NCBI GenBank assembly: GCA_048882505.1 | Contig: JBHLRO010000011.1 | Location: 60,001-92,000 of the forward strand | DNA length: 32,000 nucleotides | Direction: 5' to 3' | Source: Candidatus Thorarchaeota archaeon | Lineage (GTDB): Archaea > Asgardarchaeota > Heimdallarchaeia > Hodarchaeales > Hodarchaeaceae | Part shown: positions 7,063-16,120 of the stretch, in pieces | Layout of the letters: each line of letters opens with the position of its first letter | How positions within the stretch are numbered: position 1 is the first letter of the stretch | Program-made: the position numbers and the translations under genes | The notes under the pieces: generated by a model | Seen by the model: only the letters and a program-made list of their open reading frames with translations | Database searches by the model: none | What the model was told of the DNA's origin: nothing

Positions 7063-8580
7063 ATGGCGGTGCCAGAAAAAACGAGTGACAAGAACATTAA
7101 TGTGCTCGAAATTTCAGCTGAGGGCTCTCGGTTATTCAAATATACGAAATTCAACATTAGAGACGTCAATGGGACGACTTCTCTGATTGGACGAAAATCA
7201 ACCTTGCGATTTTTCTTAATCTGGGCAATAGGAGGGATCTCAGTGCCCATAGTGGCCACTGGCTTTGGTACCTTTCAATCCTCCATTCTTTTATCCTCTG
7301 AATATCAAATGCAAGGAATGTACATTCTTGTAATCCTTCTAGCCTCAATTTGGATCAGTGGATTTATCCTGTTTTACTATAAAGTTTTGAGAAAAGCCGT
7401 TCTCCCTGATATTAAATTTTGGAATATGGAAAACCAGTATATGGGCAAAATCCGGGAATTACCACACAAAGGAAACTACCAGATTTACGATGATAAAGGT
7501 ACGCTTCTTTCTTCTCTGAAATTCAACCCTTTTGGTCAAAAACGTTTTCTCAGTATGGATACGGCGGATAATCGCCGATTTACTTCGGACTATAAGTATC
7601 TTGATAGGCCTGAGGGTATCTACCATGAAATTGCGTACAGGGGTCTCCATTCTGAACTAAGAATCGTCGATTCAGCCGAAAGGCTCGCTTTTTACGTGAA
7701 AACTGGGGTAACCACAAAACAATCCCAAAAATACCGAATTCAAAATGATTTGGTTAAGATTTACGATCCGCGAAGTGTGTTTAACTTTGCACTAGCAGCA
7801 TTTTGTTGTCTTTTTCACCTTGAAAGACAGGATTTTAGAAATTTTATTATTTCTCCAGAGGATTCAGAGGAGACAGAGGTAAAATCAACGCGAGAACGAT
7901 ATCTCGCTCTTTCTTTCCCTATTCAGATTCTTTTTCTCCCCCTAATTCTTATAGACATTCCAATTTACCTTTTCTTTGAAATCAGTAAACTTATTCATAG
8001 GTTCATTATCAGAGGTATTTATTACGGAGTCAAAAGTCAAAAATGGCCTACTACACAAGGAGAAGTTGTAGCCACGACCTTTTCCAATGGGACGGGGGCG
8101 CCCACATTTAATGCCTACTATGAATATGAGATCCATCTACAAAGATACAATTCCCAAAGGAGGGTTTTTGGCTATCAGGATGCCAAGAAAAATGATCCAC
8201 TGCCCTTGACTGAAAAATATACTGTTGGAAAACCAGTTCAAGTATATTATCACCCAAAAAACCCAGGAATTGCAGTTCTTGAACCAGGACTAGTATCTCC
8301 TGGTATTCCAACACTGATTTTTGATTCGCTCATCTATGGGGCACCTGGTATCGCAATATTGATGTCGTTATTACTGTTACAAATTGGGATTTGGGTGAAT
8401 CTAATCAATATGTTATTACTACTTAATGACTCGCCTCCAATTGAACCTGAGTTTGGTTTCAGTTTTTCAATAAACGCCGCGATTGATCCAAGCTGGTTAT
8501 TTATATTATTTGTAGTAGTGGCTCTGTTCATCATCTTTAGAAGGCTAAGAGGAAAAGTAAACGGAAGTAAACAGGGATAG
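7063..8580 (+). CDS. membrane protein: LURP-one/scramblase-like N-terminal region fused to DUF3592
   Basis: The C-terminal half has a typical DUF3592 pattern (WPTTQGEV...YEY...Y.VGKPVQVYYHPKNP..AVLEPG) flanked by TMs. The N-terminal half has repeated beta-hairpins (FNIRDVNG, YQIYDDKG, LRIVDSAE) ending in a hydrophobic helix. Confidence 0.7.
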   Translation: MAVPEKTSDKNINVLEISAEGSRLFKYTKFNIRDVNGTTSLIGRKSTLRFFLIWAIGGISVPIVATGFGTFQSSILLSSEYQMQGMYILVILLASIWISGFILFYYKVLRKAVLPDIKFWNMENQYMGKIRELPHKGNYQIYDDKGTLLSSLKFNPFGQKRFLSMDTADNRRFTSDYKYLDRPEGIYHEIAYRGLHSELRIVDSAERLAFYVKTGVTTKQSQKYRIQNDLVKIYDPRSVFNFALAAFCCLFHLERQDFRNFIISPEDSEETEVKSTRERYLALSFPIQILFLPLILIDIPIYLFFEISKLIHRFIIRGIYYGVKSQKWPTTQGEVVATTFSNGTGAPTFNAYYEYEIHLQRYNSQRRVFGYQDAKKNDPLPLTEKYTVGKPVQVYYHPKNPGIAVLEPGLVSPGIPTLIFDSLIYGAPGIAILMSLLLLQIGIWVNLINMLLLLNDSPPIEPEFGFSFSINAAIDPSWLFILFVVVALFIIFRRLRGKVNGSKQG

Positions 8581-8827
8581 ATATGGATAAGCTACGGAGC
8601 GGCCAGAATTGTTTGGTGGTTCGTTTGAGCTGGACAATCCGGAACGTAGACAAAGTGGAATGACCCGATTACGGGGCTCTTTTAGAAACTGCAAACACTA
8701 ATATTTCCATTTGGAGGAACATTAATCAAACTAGAGAAAGTTTCTAAGTATATTATGAATCTACCAGCTGATCGAAACATCCAATCTTTTTTTCCTTTTT
8801 ATCGGGAGGGAAGTCGCAAGAAGAAAT

Positions 8828-10150
8828 TCATGAAACTTCGAGTTGAAATCCGCAGTTTCCACAATTAGCGATGCCTGCTTTTAGTTGATTTCCGCAATTT
8901 AAACAAACACTAAGTGATACTGGTTTAACAGCTATTCTGTGTAAAACTACTGCTAGGATCAAACAGGCAATAAGAATTCCAGCAGCCAAAAGCCACTGCA
9001 AAGTTTCCTGTACTTCAAATAACCCAGCACCTACAATGGGCCCGAAAATTCGCATTAAAGAACCCGACCCTTGATTTACACCCAAGACAGCCCCTGAGAC
9101 ATCTGAAGGAGCGTTTTTTGATAATGAAGCCCCCAAGGCTGGATTGGCAATCGAGGATCCAAATGCCAGAGGAATAACCCATATCATCATTCCCAGTAAA
9201 TCAGTTACAGAACTTAAACCCACAAACCCAATGACCAAGGCTAAGATGCCCCAGGAAATAAGGAGAGTATCCGCATAACGTGATGATAAAGGTCGTAAAA
9301 TCCCTCCCTGAGTAACAATCGCCACAATTCCGACAATCAAGAAAACAAATCCTGTGAGTGATTCATCGAGCCCAAATCGTGCTTCTCCAAACAGAGCAAG
9401 AGTTGCTTCTAGGCTGGAAAAAACAAAGGAAATGCTTGCAAACAGAAGAATAATCAGCATAATCGTAGGATTTGTAAGTATAATCTTGAAAATGTTTGGA
9501 CTAGCTTCTTTTCTCTTAGTTTTGAGAGACATCAATTCTTCTCTTTTTTTTTCATCCAGCGATTCCGGAAGCCGAATAATTCCCCCTATCAGGTTGATGA
9601 AAGCCAAGACCGCTGAAAATAGCGCAGGAGCCGCATATCCCCAAATTGAAAGAAAACCACCAAGAGCGGGGCCAATGGCAAACCCGAGTCCAAATGCAGC
9701 CCCAAGCAGTCCAAAACCTTTTGCTCGTTCATCACCAGTTGTAGTATCTGTAATATAGGCTTGACTCGTGGGTAGTGTGGCCGCTGTGAAAACTCCTCCA
9801 AGAATACGCGACAAGAAAAGCATAAGTAATGATTCAGAGAACAACAACGCGGTAATCGATAATAAGATAAATGAAATTAAAGTACCAGTTAATCCAACAA
9901 GAATTACTGGTCGGCGCCCTCTTCGGTCACTAATCCTTCCCCAAATTGGAGAAAAGACGAACTGCATCAGGCTATAGGATGAGACTAGTAATCCATAAAT
10001 AACGGCACTCCCTCCAATGCTTGATACCCAGAATGGAAGAAGGGGAAGTACTATTCCAAATCCTAACAAATCAATGAAGACCGCTAGGAACAGGATGCCA
10101 AGTGCACTGGTACTAAATGAGGTTTTATCTTCAGTTACCTTCTCATCCAT
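8828..10150 (-). CDS. MFS transporter (TetA/DHA1-like) with C-terminal zinc ribbon
   Basis: Motif A GRISDRRGRRPV, motif C GAAFGLGFAIGPALGG and about 12 TMs. The tail is CLNCGNQLKAGIANCGNCG. Confidence 0.92.
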   Translation of the reverse strand: MDEKVTEDKTSFSTSALGILFLAVFIDLLGFGIVLPLLPFWVSSIGGSAVIYGLLVSSYSLMQFVFSPIWGRISDRRGRRPVILVGLTGTLISFILLSITALLFSESLLMLFLSRILGGVFTAATLPTSQAYITDTTTGDERAKGFGLLGAAFGLGFAIGPALGGFLSIWGYAAPALFSAVLAFINLIGGIIRLPESLDEKKREELMSLKTKRKEASPNIFKIILTNPTIMLIILLFASISFVFSSLEATLALFGEARFGLDESLTGFVFLIVGIVAIVTQGGILRPLSSRYADTLLISWGILALVIGFVGLSSVTDLLGMMIWVIPLAFGSSIANPALGASLSKNAPSDVSGAVLGVNQGSGSLMRIFGPIVGAGLFEVQETLQWLLAAGILIACLILAVVLHRIAVKPVSLSVCLNCGNQLKAGIANCGNCGFQLEVS

Positions 10151-10163
10151 TCTCTACACCGTA

Positions 10164-10183
10164 AATATTCATGAATGAATGTT
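10164..10183. promoter_or_regulatory. imperfect inverted repeat AATATTCAT-GA-ATGAATGTT, candidate operator of the MFS gene
   Basis: 8 of 9 arm positions match. It lies between a TTAAAAA box (about 10183-10189, minus strand) and the ATG at 10150. Confidence 0.4.
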
Positions 10184-10296
10184 TTTTAAGCGGCTTTTTT
10201 CCCTATAGTTATATTGCACCCTGGGGTTATCTTTCAGTTTTATTTGTTGGAGGCTCCGATTTCACGTCCTATTATAGGTGATTTCCATCCTGATCA

Positions 10297-10773
10297 TCAG
10301 ATCTCGGCTAAATGAGATTTTAACTTGTCAAATGCTTGATTCCAACCAGTAAGAGCATTGTCTCTCCATTCCTTGGCAGGAAAACCGGTATGACGAAAGA
10401 CCATATGCGTTTTGCCATTTTTCTCTTCAAGCGTGATGGCAATTACTGTTTCTGGACCCGCTTTCCCATCGGGCCTGACCGCGGTTTGCGTATAAACCAC
10501 CTTATCAGGGGGATCAATTTCGCGGTACTCACCTGTCAATATAATTTCTGGGCCCTCACGGGATTCAGATTGCATCCCATATTTGTAGGTATTACCAACT
10601 TTCAGTTCACCCTCGCTAAAGGTTACCACAAAGTTTTTTGGACAGTTCCATTTCTTGATATGCTTGTGTTGAGTCAAGGCATCGAATACTAGCTTTTTTG
10701 GAGCCGCAAATTCTCTAATCACAACTAATTGATCCGTAGTTGTTTCATTCAATTCCAGAAGTTTTTGAGTCAT
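10297..10773 (-). CDS. SRPBCC/AHSA1-like (START-fold) ligand-binding protein
   Basis: REFAAPKKLVFDALT...KWNCP, GEYREIDPPDKVVYT and GWNQAFDKL. It overlaps the upstream ArsR gene by 29 nt. Confidence 0.9.
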   Translation of the reverse strand: MTQKLLELNETTTDQLVVIREFAAPKKLVFDALTQHKHIKKWNCPKNFVVTFSEGELKVGNTYKYGMQSESREGPEIILTGEYREIDPPDKVVYTQTAVRPDGKAGPETVIAITLEEKNGKTHMVFRHTGFPAKEWRDNALTGWNQAFDKLKSHLAEI

Positions 10774-11104
10774 CGGTTTCTTCTCCTTTTTGGAGATCAG
10801 TCAAATACTCATCCAATTTATCGAAGGCTTCTTCCCAATACTTTCTGTAAAAATCAATCCATTTATCAACTTGTTTCAAGGGTTTTACATTTGTACGAAG
10901 AATATACCATCTTCCTTCTCTTCTTCTTCCCAATAGACCTGCTATTTCGAGTTTTTTCAAATGTTTTGAAACCATAGCAAGGCTCATGTCATATGGAGCT
11001 GCAATTTCCGAAATTGAGAGTTCTTTCTGAACAAGACGTTTTAAGATATCTCTACGGGTTTTATCTGCAAGGGAGCGGAAGATTTGATCTAATTGAACGC
11101 TCAT
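10745..11104 (-). CDS. ArsR/SmtB family transcriptional regulator (ArsR-SRPBCC pair)
   Basis: IFRSLADKTRRDIL, SLAMVSKHLKKLEIAGLL and RREGRW, plus the WEEAFDKLDEYL tail typical of SRPBCC-linked ArsRs. Confidence 0.92.
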   Translation of the reverse strand: MSVQLDQIFRSLADKTRRDILKRLVQKELSISEIAAPYDMSLAMVSKHLKKLEIAGLLGRRREGRWYILRTNVKPLKQVDKWIDFYRKYWEEAFDKLDEYLTDLQKGEETDDSKTSGIE

Positions 11105-11122
11105 TCAACCACATGGTTGAAT
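11103..11122. promoter_or_regulatory. perfect palindrome ATTCAACCA-CA-TGGTTGAAT, probable ArsR autoregulatory operator
   Basis: 9-2-9 perfect inverted repeat overlapping the arsR start codon. A TTTAAG TATA-like box lies about 25 nt upstream on the minus strand, suggesting a leaderless transcript. Confidence 0.75.
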
Positions 11123-11305
11123 AATACTTAAACCTTAAAAAAGTTGTTATTTAGAGAGTCAATGACTTTGAATCAACCGGAAAACGGTAATCATGGATTC
11201 ACCTGGCACCTGAAATCACATTCTTATAGGTGTGGCAGGTTAGACCTAATTGCGATTATTTAGGTTTGATGTTAAAAGTTGATAACCGAACTCCTGGTGG
11301 AATAT

Positions 11306-11629
11306 ATGGCAAACGAAGATGAAAGGTTTCTTACTGCAACCTACGAAGAAAAAGTCAGGATGATGGCTGTCATGTCTGATGCGGATCGAGAGAGGGCCGC
11401 GGAGAATGTGCTGCATATCTGCGAGGATTACTGTGGAAAATGTCCAACGTATCAAGGAACGGGAGAAGTTTGGCTTGCGTTTTGCGCCTTGGGGAAAAGT
11501 TCGATCATACAAGAGCATAAAGGCTGCTTATGTGGACAATGTCCCATAACAAAAACAATGTCCATGCGCTGGGAAAATTACTGTACACAAGGAAAAGCCA
11601 TGCAGCTCTCAGAGGCTAAGCAGCAATGA
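11306..11629 (+). CDS. DUF2769 family Cys-rich (Fe-S/metal-binding) protein
   Basis: C..CPTY...E...FC..GKS..I....GCLC..CP...Y C..G pattern. The ATG at 11306 is preceded by GGTGGA; the ORF track starts at TTG 11279. Confidence 0.8.
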   Translation: MANEDERFLTATYEEKVRMMAVMSDADRERAAENVLHICEDYCGKCPTYQGTGEVWLAFCALGKSSIIQEHKGCLCGQCPITKTMSMRWENYCTQGKAMQLSEAKQQ

Positions 11630-11630
11630 T

Positions 11631-12161
11631 CTATTCCTTTTCATCCAAATCATCAAAATAGTAGAGATAATCGGCCTCAATCCTAGGTGATTCTAGAAGG
11701 TTCAGGCAATAATTTAGTTGCCCCCGATGGTAAACCGTATGGAGAATGTATTGAACGAGAAAATCGTCTCCATTTATCAAAAAATAATCGTCCTCAGAGG
11801 CTCTCTGAATCTTTATCTTGCCAAAATCTGCCTGTTCAAGTTGCTCTGAAAGGAATTTATCCCGTAGATACCAATAGTCCAACAATTCTGCCTTAGACAT
11901 TGATTTCACCCTCTTAACTCGGTTTTTCATGTCCTCCCAGCTGTTGTAATAAAAGGAGTAACATGTTTCATATGCTAAAAGGATATGCTCAACTTTTTGT
12001 CTTAATGAACCAATAGGATCCCCCAAATCTTTGTTAAAATCGTCAGAGGCCAATTTTTGCAGAATTTTACGTGCCTCATTGCCTGCCCAGAGATTATATT
12101 TGCCCAGATTGGATAAAACCATAGGAAGTTGATCCAGTATCCAATTTATGTTTGTTGCCAC
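11631..12161 (-). CDS. DinB/YfiT family four-helix metalloprotein
   Basis: YNLWA, GSLRQKVEHI and HTVYHRGQL (His triad). Confidence 0.85.
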   Translation of the reverse strand: MATNINWILDQLPMVLSNLGKYNLWAGNEARKILQKLASDDFNKDLGDPIGSLRQKVEHILLAYETCYSFYYNSWEDMKNRVKRVKSMSKAELLDYWYLRDKFLSEQLEQADFGKIKIQRASEDDYFLINGDDFLVQYILHTVYHRGQLNYCLNLLESPRIEADYLYYFDDLDEKE

Positions 12162-12295
12162 TCATGCATCAGGAGCAGTTCATGCTTTGGTAACCTTATT
12201 TCAGCGTAAAAACATCAAATAGCGCGTGAAAAGGGAAAAACACGCAGCTTGGTTAAGAAAGCTGAAAAAAACTCAGTTCAGAAGACGAAAAAAAG

Positions 12296-12328
12296 ATCAC
12301 AGCCTAAATTTATAATCTAGGCTGTGAT
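12296..12328. promoter_or_regulatory. 11-bp perfect inverted repeat ATCACAGCCTA-N11-TAGGCTGTGAT
   Basis: Lies between the divergent DinB and VOC genes. The spacer contains TTTATAA. Confidence 0.5.
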
Positions 12329-12449
12329 TTGTACACGCGTCTCCTCCAAGATTCCCTACGAACATTTAAGTTCATTTTCACTGATCTTACTTTTTGGTAG
12401 CAGACTTCTTTTAAATTTAGGAAGTACGGGATATTTTGGAGTTGCTAAA

Positions 12450-12800
12450 ATGTCGAATACCGTCAACCACGTAGAAATCCCAGTACTTAATTTGAAAAAG
12501 GCCAAGCAATTTTATGAAAGTATTTTTGACTGGAAAGTTGATACTGAGTTAATGCCAAATTATGGAATAGTCGAACTAGAAAATACAGCTAGCATAGGCT
12601 TCTTCGTTGTGGAAAAAGTTCCAGATCACGGAGTTAACGTTGTTTTTGAAGTTGAAGATATAAACCAGAAGCTAGGAGAGATAAAACAGGCCGGTGGAAG
12701 CGTATTACGTGAGAAATACGAAATCGCGCCTGAAATTGGCTTCTCTGCTCAGTTTCAAGATTGCTTCGGTAATGAATTCGGATTGTTTTCCCGAAAATAA
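12450..12800 (+). CDS. VOC family (glyoxalase/bleomycin resistance) protein
   Basis: VNHVEIPV..L.KAKQFYE.IFDW and F.DCFGNEFGL. The start is probably ATG 12450 rather than 12324. Confidence 0.9.
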   Translation: MSNTVNHVEIPVLNLKKAKQFYESIFDWKVDTELMPNYGIVELENTASIGFFVVEKVPDHGVNVVFEVEDINQKLGEIKQAGGSVLREKYEIAPEIGFSAQFQDCFGNEFGLFSRK

Positions 12801-12824
12801 ACCCTGTCTGAGAATTTGGAGGTG

Positions 12825-12846
12825 GCCCGTTAATGGATTGACGGGC
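12825..12846. terminator. GC-rich hairpin GCCCGTTAA-TGGA-TTGACGGGC
   Basis: 9-bp stem with one G-U pair, 25 nt after the VOC stop and between convergent genes. Confidence 0.35.
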
Positions 12847-12999
12847 TCTTCACTCCATTCAAGATAAAATCAGCATTAAATTATTCCTTTTAGTTTCATT
12901 CTCGTAAAAAGCATTGAAATTGGGATTTATGGATCACTTTACAGGTCTCTGAATACATTTGAACGAAAGGGCGTGCAGTTGTTCCTTGTTCGAATTTCA

Positions 13000-13434
13000 T
13001 CATATGTCGACAGGATTCAATCCAAATATGTTTCCAGAAGCTTCAACCATATCTGATCTCGAGGGGGGTTTCCCTTCAAAGATCTCCTGGGCGTAATAAT
13101 CATAACTAAACATAGCTAGATCGTACATAATTCTGTTCAACGCTCGACCCTTTTCTGTTAACTGGTAAATCGCCCGTAAGGGCGTTTTACTGATTATGAT
13201 CTTCTCTATTATATTGTATTGCTCTAGTTCTCTTAGTCGTTGAGACAAAACTTTCGTACTCAAACCAGGATTGGCTTTCAGAATGTCTGAAAACCTCTCC
13301 TCTCCGAACCAGATATCTCTTATTATTTCAATACTCCATTTCTTGAATAATTTAAGAGCAAATTTGGTTGGGCAAGTTTTCGGTGTAATTTTGACCCTCG
13401 CCCATTGTTGATCTATTGTTTGGTTTGTTTTCAA
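13000..13434 (-). CDS. HxlR family winged-helix transcriptional regulator
   Basis: CPTKFALKLF.KKWSIEII, RFSDI, LSTKVLSQRLRELE and YQLTEKGRAL. Confidence 0.9.
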   Translation of the reverse strand: MKTNQTIDQQWARVKITPKTCPTKFALKLFKKWSIEIIRDIWFGEERFSDILKANPGLSTKVLSQRLRELEQYNIIEKIIISKTPLRAIYQLTEKGRALNRIMYDLAMFSYDYYAQEIFEGKPPSRSDMVEASGNIFGLNPVDI

Positions 13435-13802
13435 TCAAAAACCTCATTCCAATCGAAATACTAGCATATTTACGGTCGGAGTATACGGCTTAACATCGTT
13501 ACTCATGATTAATCTGACACGAAAGGGTAGGTTTCCTTGGAAAACGTAGGAACATATCGTCTAAAAAACATTCTATTACCAAAAAGTAACAAATTCACCT
13601 CAGAGTTGCAGAACGGATTTAATTGGATAAATCAGATCTTTTTTCAAATCTGGATTGCTCACCAAGTTCTTGATGGAAGTTAATATCGTGATTCAGCAGC
13701 GAACTGACCTTGATCAAGCGCTACTATATGTACATATTAGTTAATCTTAATTCAAAGTTGGGTAAATCCTAGGAAGAAAGAAATTAACAGGAGCTAAACA
13801 TA

Positions 13803-14276
13803 TTGTTCGATTCAATTGCTGTAATAGAAAAGCAACTTGCCTATGTAAAAAAAGTCTTACCAGCCCGAAGAGAGCATTTCCAGAAGTCCTTTGAGAACCC
13901 CCTCTTTAAAAACGAGCAATCTGCGGGACAGGTGTTTATCCACGGAATTACACCATTGTACAAATATTGCCTTGAGATTCTAGATAGAGATAATCCTGAA
14001 TTCGCACCAAATCTCGAACTTAATCCTAAATTCGCGCTCCATCTCCAATATCTTGAGCTTTACGAAAGAACGGTCTCAATCCTTAAAGCGGCCCGAGAAA
14101 AGATCATGGACGAGAAACTTAACAAAAAGGGTCATTTTATCAATTCTCAAACCCAGATGACGTTGCGAGAGGAGTTAAGCTTAGCTATTATGCATGCCGT
14201 AACCCATATAGGTCAAGCTTTACGCTTACAATCCTTATATCTTCGTAACAGCTTGGATCGATCTGAAGTGCACTGA
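13803..14276 (+). CDS. DinB-like four-helix protein
   Basis: SAGQVFIH and HAVTHIGQ His motifs. AGGAG SD before a TTG start. Confidence 0.65.
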   Translation: MFDSIAVIEKQLAYVKKVLPARREHFQKSFENPLFKNEQSAGQVFIHGITPLYKYCLEILDRDNPEFAPNLELNPKFALHLQYLELYERTVSILKAAREKIMDEKLNKKGHFINSQTQMTLREELSLAIMHAVTHIGQALRLQSLYLRNSLDRSEVH

Positions 14277-14283
14277 TTGTCGT

Positions 14284-14616
14284 TCAGTCGAGATCAAGTT
14301 CAAGGTGTAAATTGCTTTTGATATATTGGATATAATCAATAACAAAAAAAACAGGAGAAAGCAGAATGAGGGAATACATAAGAGGGAGGGAAACAAAAAA
14401 TGAAATTATAGCTGTTAGTAGGAGTATTCTAATGGTGAATCTCCTAGGAACATCTTTTAGATAGTCTACAAGAGCCTCTTTATCAATAAACCTATCATAA
14501 ACGCTATAAATTCCTCTGGAAAAACGAACGTTGCATACGGGACAAAAGAGCGAGTCTTTTTCAACCTCCGTATGGCAATTCTCGCAATATATACCCGAGG
14601 AAATTGGTTTTGTCAA
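14284..14616 (-). CDS. zinc-ribbon membrane protein
   Basis: CENC...FCPVC at the N-terminus and a two-TM hairpin at the C-terminus. GGAGGT SD. Confidence 0.7.
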   Translation of the reverse strand: MTKPISSGIYCENCHTEVEKDSLFCPVCNVRFSRGIYSVYDRFIDKEALVDYLKDVPRRFTIRILLLTAIISFFVSLPLMYSLILLSPVFFVIDYIQYIKSNLHLELDLD

Positions 14617-14804
14617 ATGAGATTACCTCCAAACCTATCTGCACGTAATTCTTATGGATGGAAATCAACAATAACCTAAGTCCTATATTAATAATAAGCG
14701 GCCTTGAAGGACATCATAATAGGCGAATATGTTCCTTGCTTGATTTAGGTTTCTTCAGCTTGTTAGGAGCAAGGAGGATTAAAAAACTTAGGTTCCGTTT
14801 ATCC

Positions 14805-15968
14805 TTATGAATTTTCCCAAAATTCCAGTTCTGATGTTTTTTCATTCACATTGATGGGTGATATCGTGTTATCCAAGTTCAATACTAATTTTCCCTTGGA
14901 ATTGCGCGAATAATTCGAGGTTCCGTAGCCGCTAAGCCCAGTGATCGGTGTTTTTCGTAGGAAATCATCAGTATTAAATGTGTCTCCAGACTGTACCAGC
15001 TCGTGAAATCTAGGGAAATCTATCCAAGTGTACCAATTGGATCCCCGATTGAATTTCCTTTTGGCTAACAATACAACTCTAGAGGGTATATGTTCAGAAA
15101 CTATATCATAATTGGGTAAAAACTGTAATAAAGATCTAGCAAAAGGGATAATTTCCTCGTGCAAGGGCATATTTTCACGTTCAAGCCGTTTCATTGAAGC
15201 ACCAACATGCATATAGGCCTTGACTTCGATAAAATCAGGATCCCCTTTGTGGATTAAGCGAGCGTAATTCTGGGGTTCAATCATGTTAAAATCTTTGATC
15301 ATCGTTAAACGGATACACGTCCGAAATGGCTTTAGTGCCAAATAGTCTAAACTCTGGTTTAGGCGTTCCCAATAATCTTTAAAGAGAGGAGCATCCACTA
15401 TCTTTAATAATTCTTTATTAGGGGCATCTACGCTTATATATAGTTGTGTAACAGGCCGTAGATCTCTAATCTGATCAGGATAGGTTGCATTTGTTACAAG
15501 AAACGTGCTAATATGATGCTGATGGTACAAATCAATCAGTTCATTGATCCGAGGATAAGTAATCGGTTCTCCCGTCAATGACAAGGCTACGTGCTTGACA
15601 TTTTTCGATGCCACGTATGCTTTCATGTTAACATTCGGTGATCCTTTGTATCCTGCCAGCAGTCGATGATGCTCTTCTTGACTGTCTTCGAATATCTCGC
15701 GAGGATCATCAATTTTCCACTTCCAGGCTTTAGATACGGGTGCCTTTTCGCCACGCCAACAAAAAGTACACCTATTTGCACAACTCATACTCGTTGTCAT
15801 TTGCATGCATTGATTACTCATGATGCCATAGAATTTTAATTTATAGCATCCTCCTTGCCCTTTTATCATTTTTTTTGTCCAGCCGCAGATTTTGACGGCG
15901 GAATGATCCCCTACAAACCTATATTGTTGTTTCTCGAGTTTAGATTTAACTTGCAGCTTGATTTGCAC
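14805..15968 (-). CDS. taw1: 4-demethylwyosine synthase TYW1/Taw1 (radical SAM tRNA modification)
   Basis: HSAVKICGW, CYKLKFYG (catalytic Lys), QCMQMT, CxxxCxxC (CANRCTFCWR), SLTGEP, FLVTN and DFIEVKAYMHVG. Confidence 0.95.
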   Translation of the reverse strand: MQIKLQVKSKLEKQQYRFVGDHSAVKICGWTKKMIKGQGGCYKLKFYGIMSNQCMQMTTSMSCANRCTFCWRGEKAPVSKAWKWKIDDPREIFEDSQEEHHRLLAGYKGSPNVNMKAYVASKNVKHVALSLTGEPITYPRINELIDLYHQHHISTFLVTNATYPDQIRDLRPVTQLYISVDAPNKELLKIVDAPLFKDYWERLNQSLDYLALKPFRTCIRLTMIKDFNMIEPQNYARLIHKGDPDFIEVKAYMHVGASMKRLERENMPLHEEIIPFARSLLQFLPNYDIVSEHIPSRVVLLAKRKFNRGSNWYTWIDFPRFHELVQSGDTFNTDDFLRKTPITGLSGYGTSNYSRNSKGKLVLNLDNTISPINVNEKTSELEFWENS

Positions 15969-16120
15969 AAGAGTATCAACTTAGAACCCTGTTAATAAGA
16001 GTGGTCTTTCGATGGAGAAGAACAGCGATTTTTCTCAAATTTTCGAGATTTCGTAATTTCTCAATTAAAAACGGGATACGAACTTACCAAGAATCGAATG
16101 TATTTAAGTGTTAGACAAAA

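Noticed and set aside
9354-9977. Plus-strand ORFs 9354-9758 and 9768-9977
   Set aside because: They are antisense shadows of the MFS gene. The same applies to the other short ORFs nested opposite confident genes (e.g. 1284-1493, 10336-10692, 25389-25679, 28388-28687).
14673-14794. AACCTAAGT...ACTTAGGTT 9-bp inverted repeat as MITE ends
   Set aside because: The arms are short, there is no target-site duplication and there is no second copy in the window.
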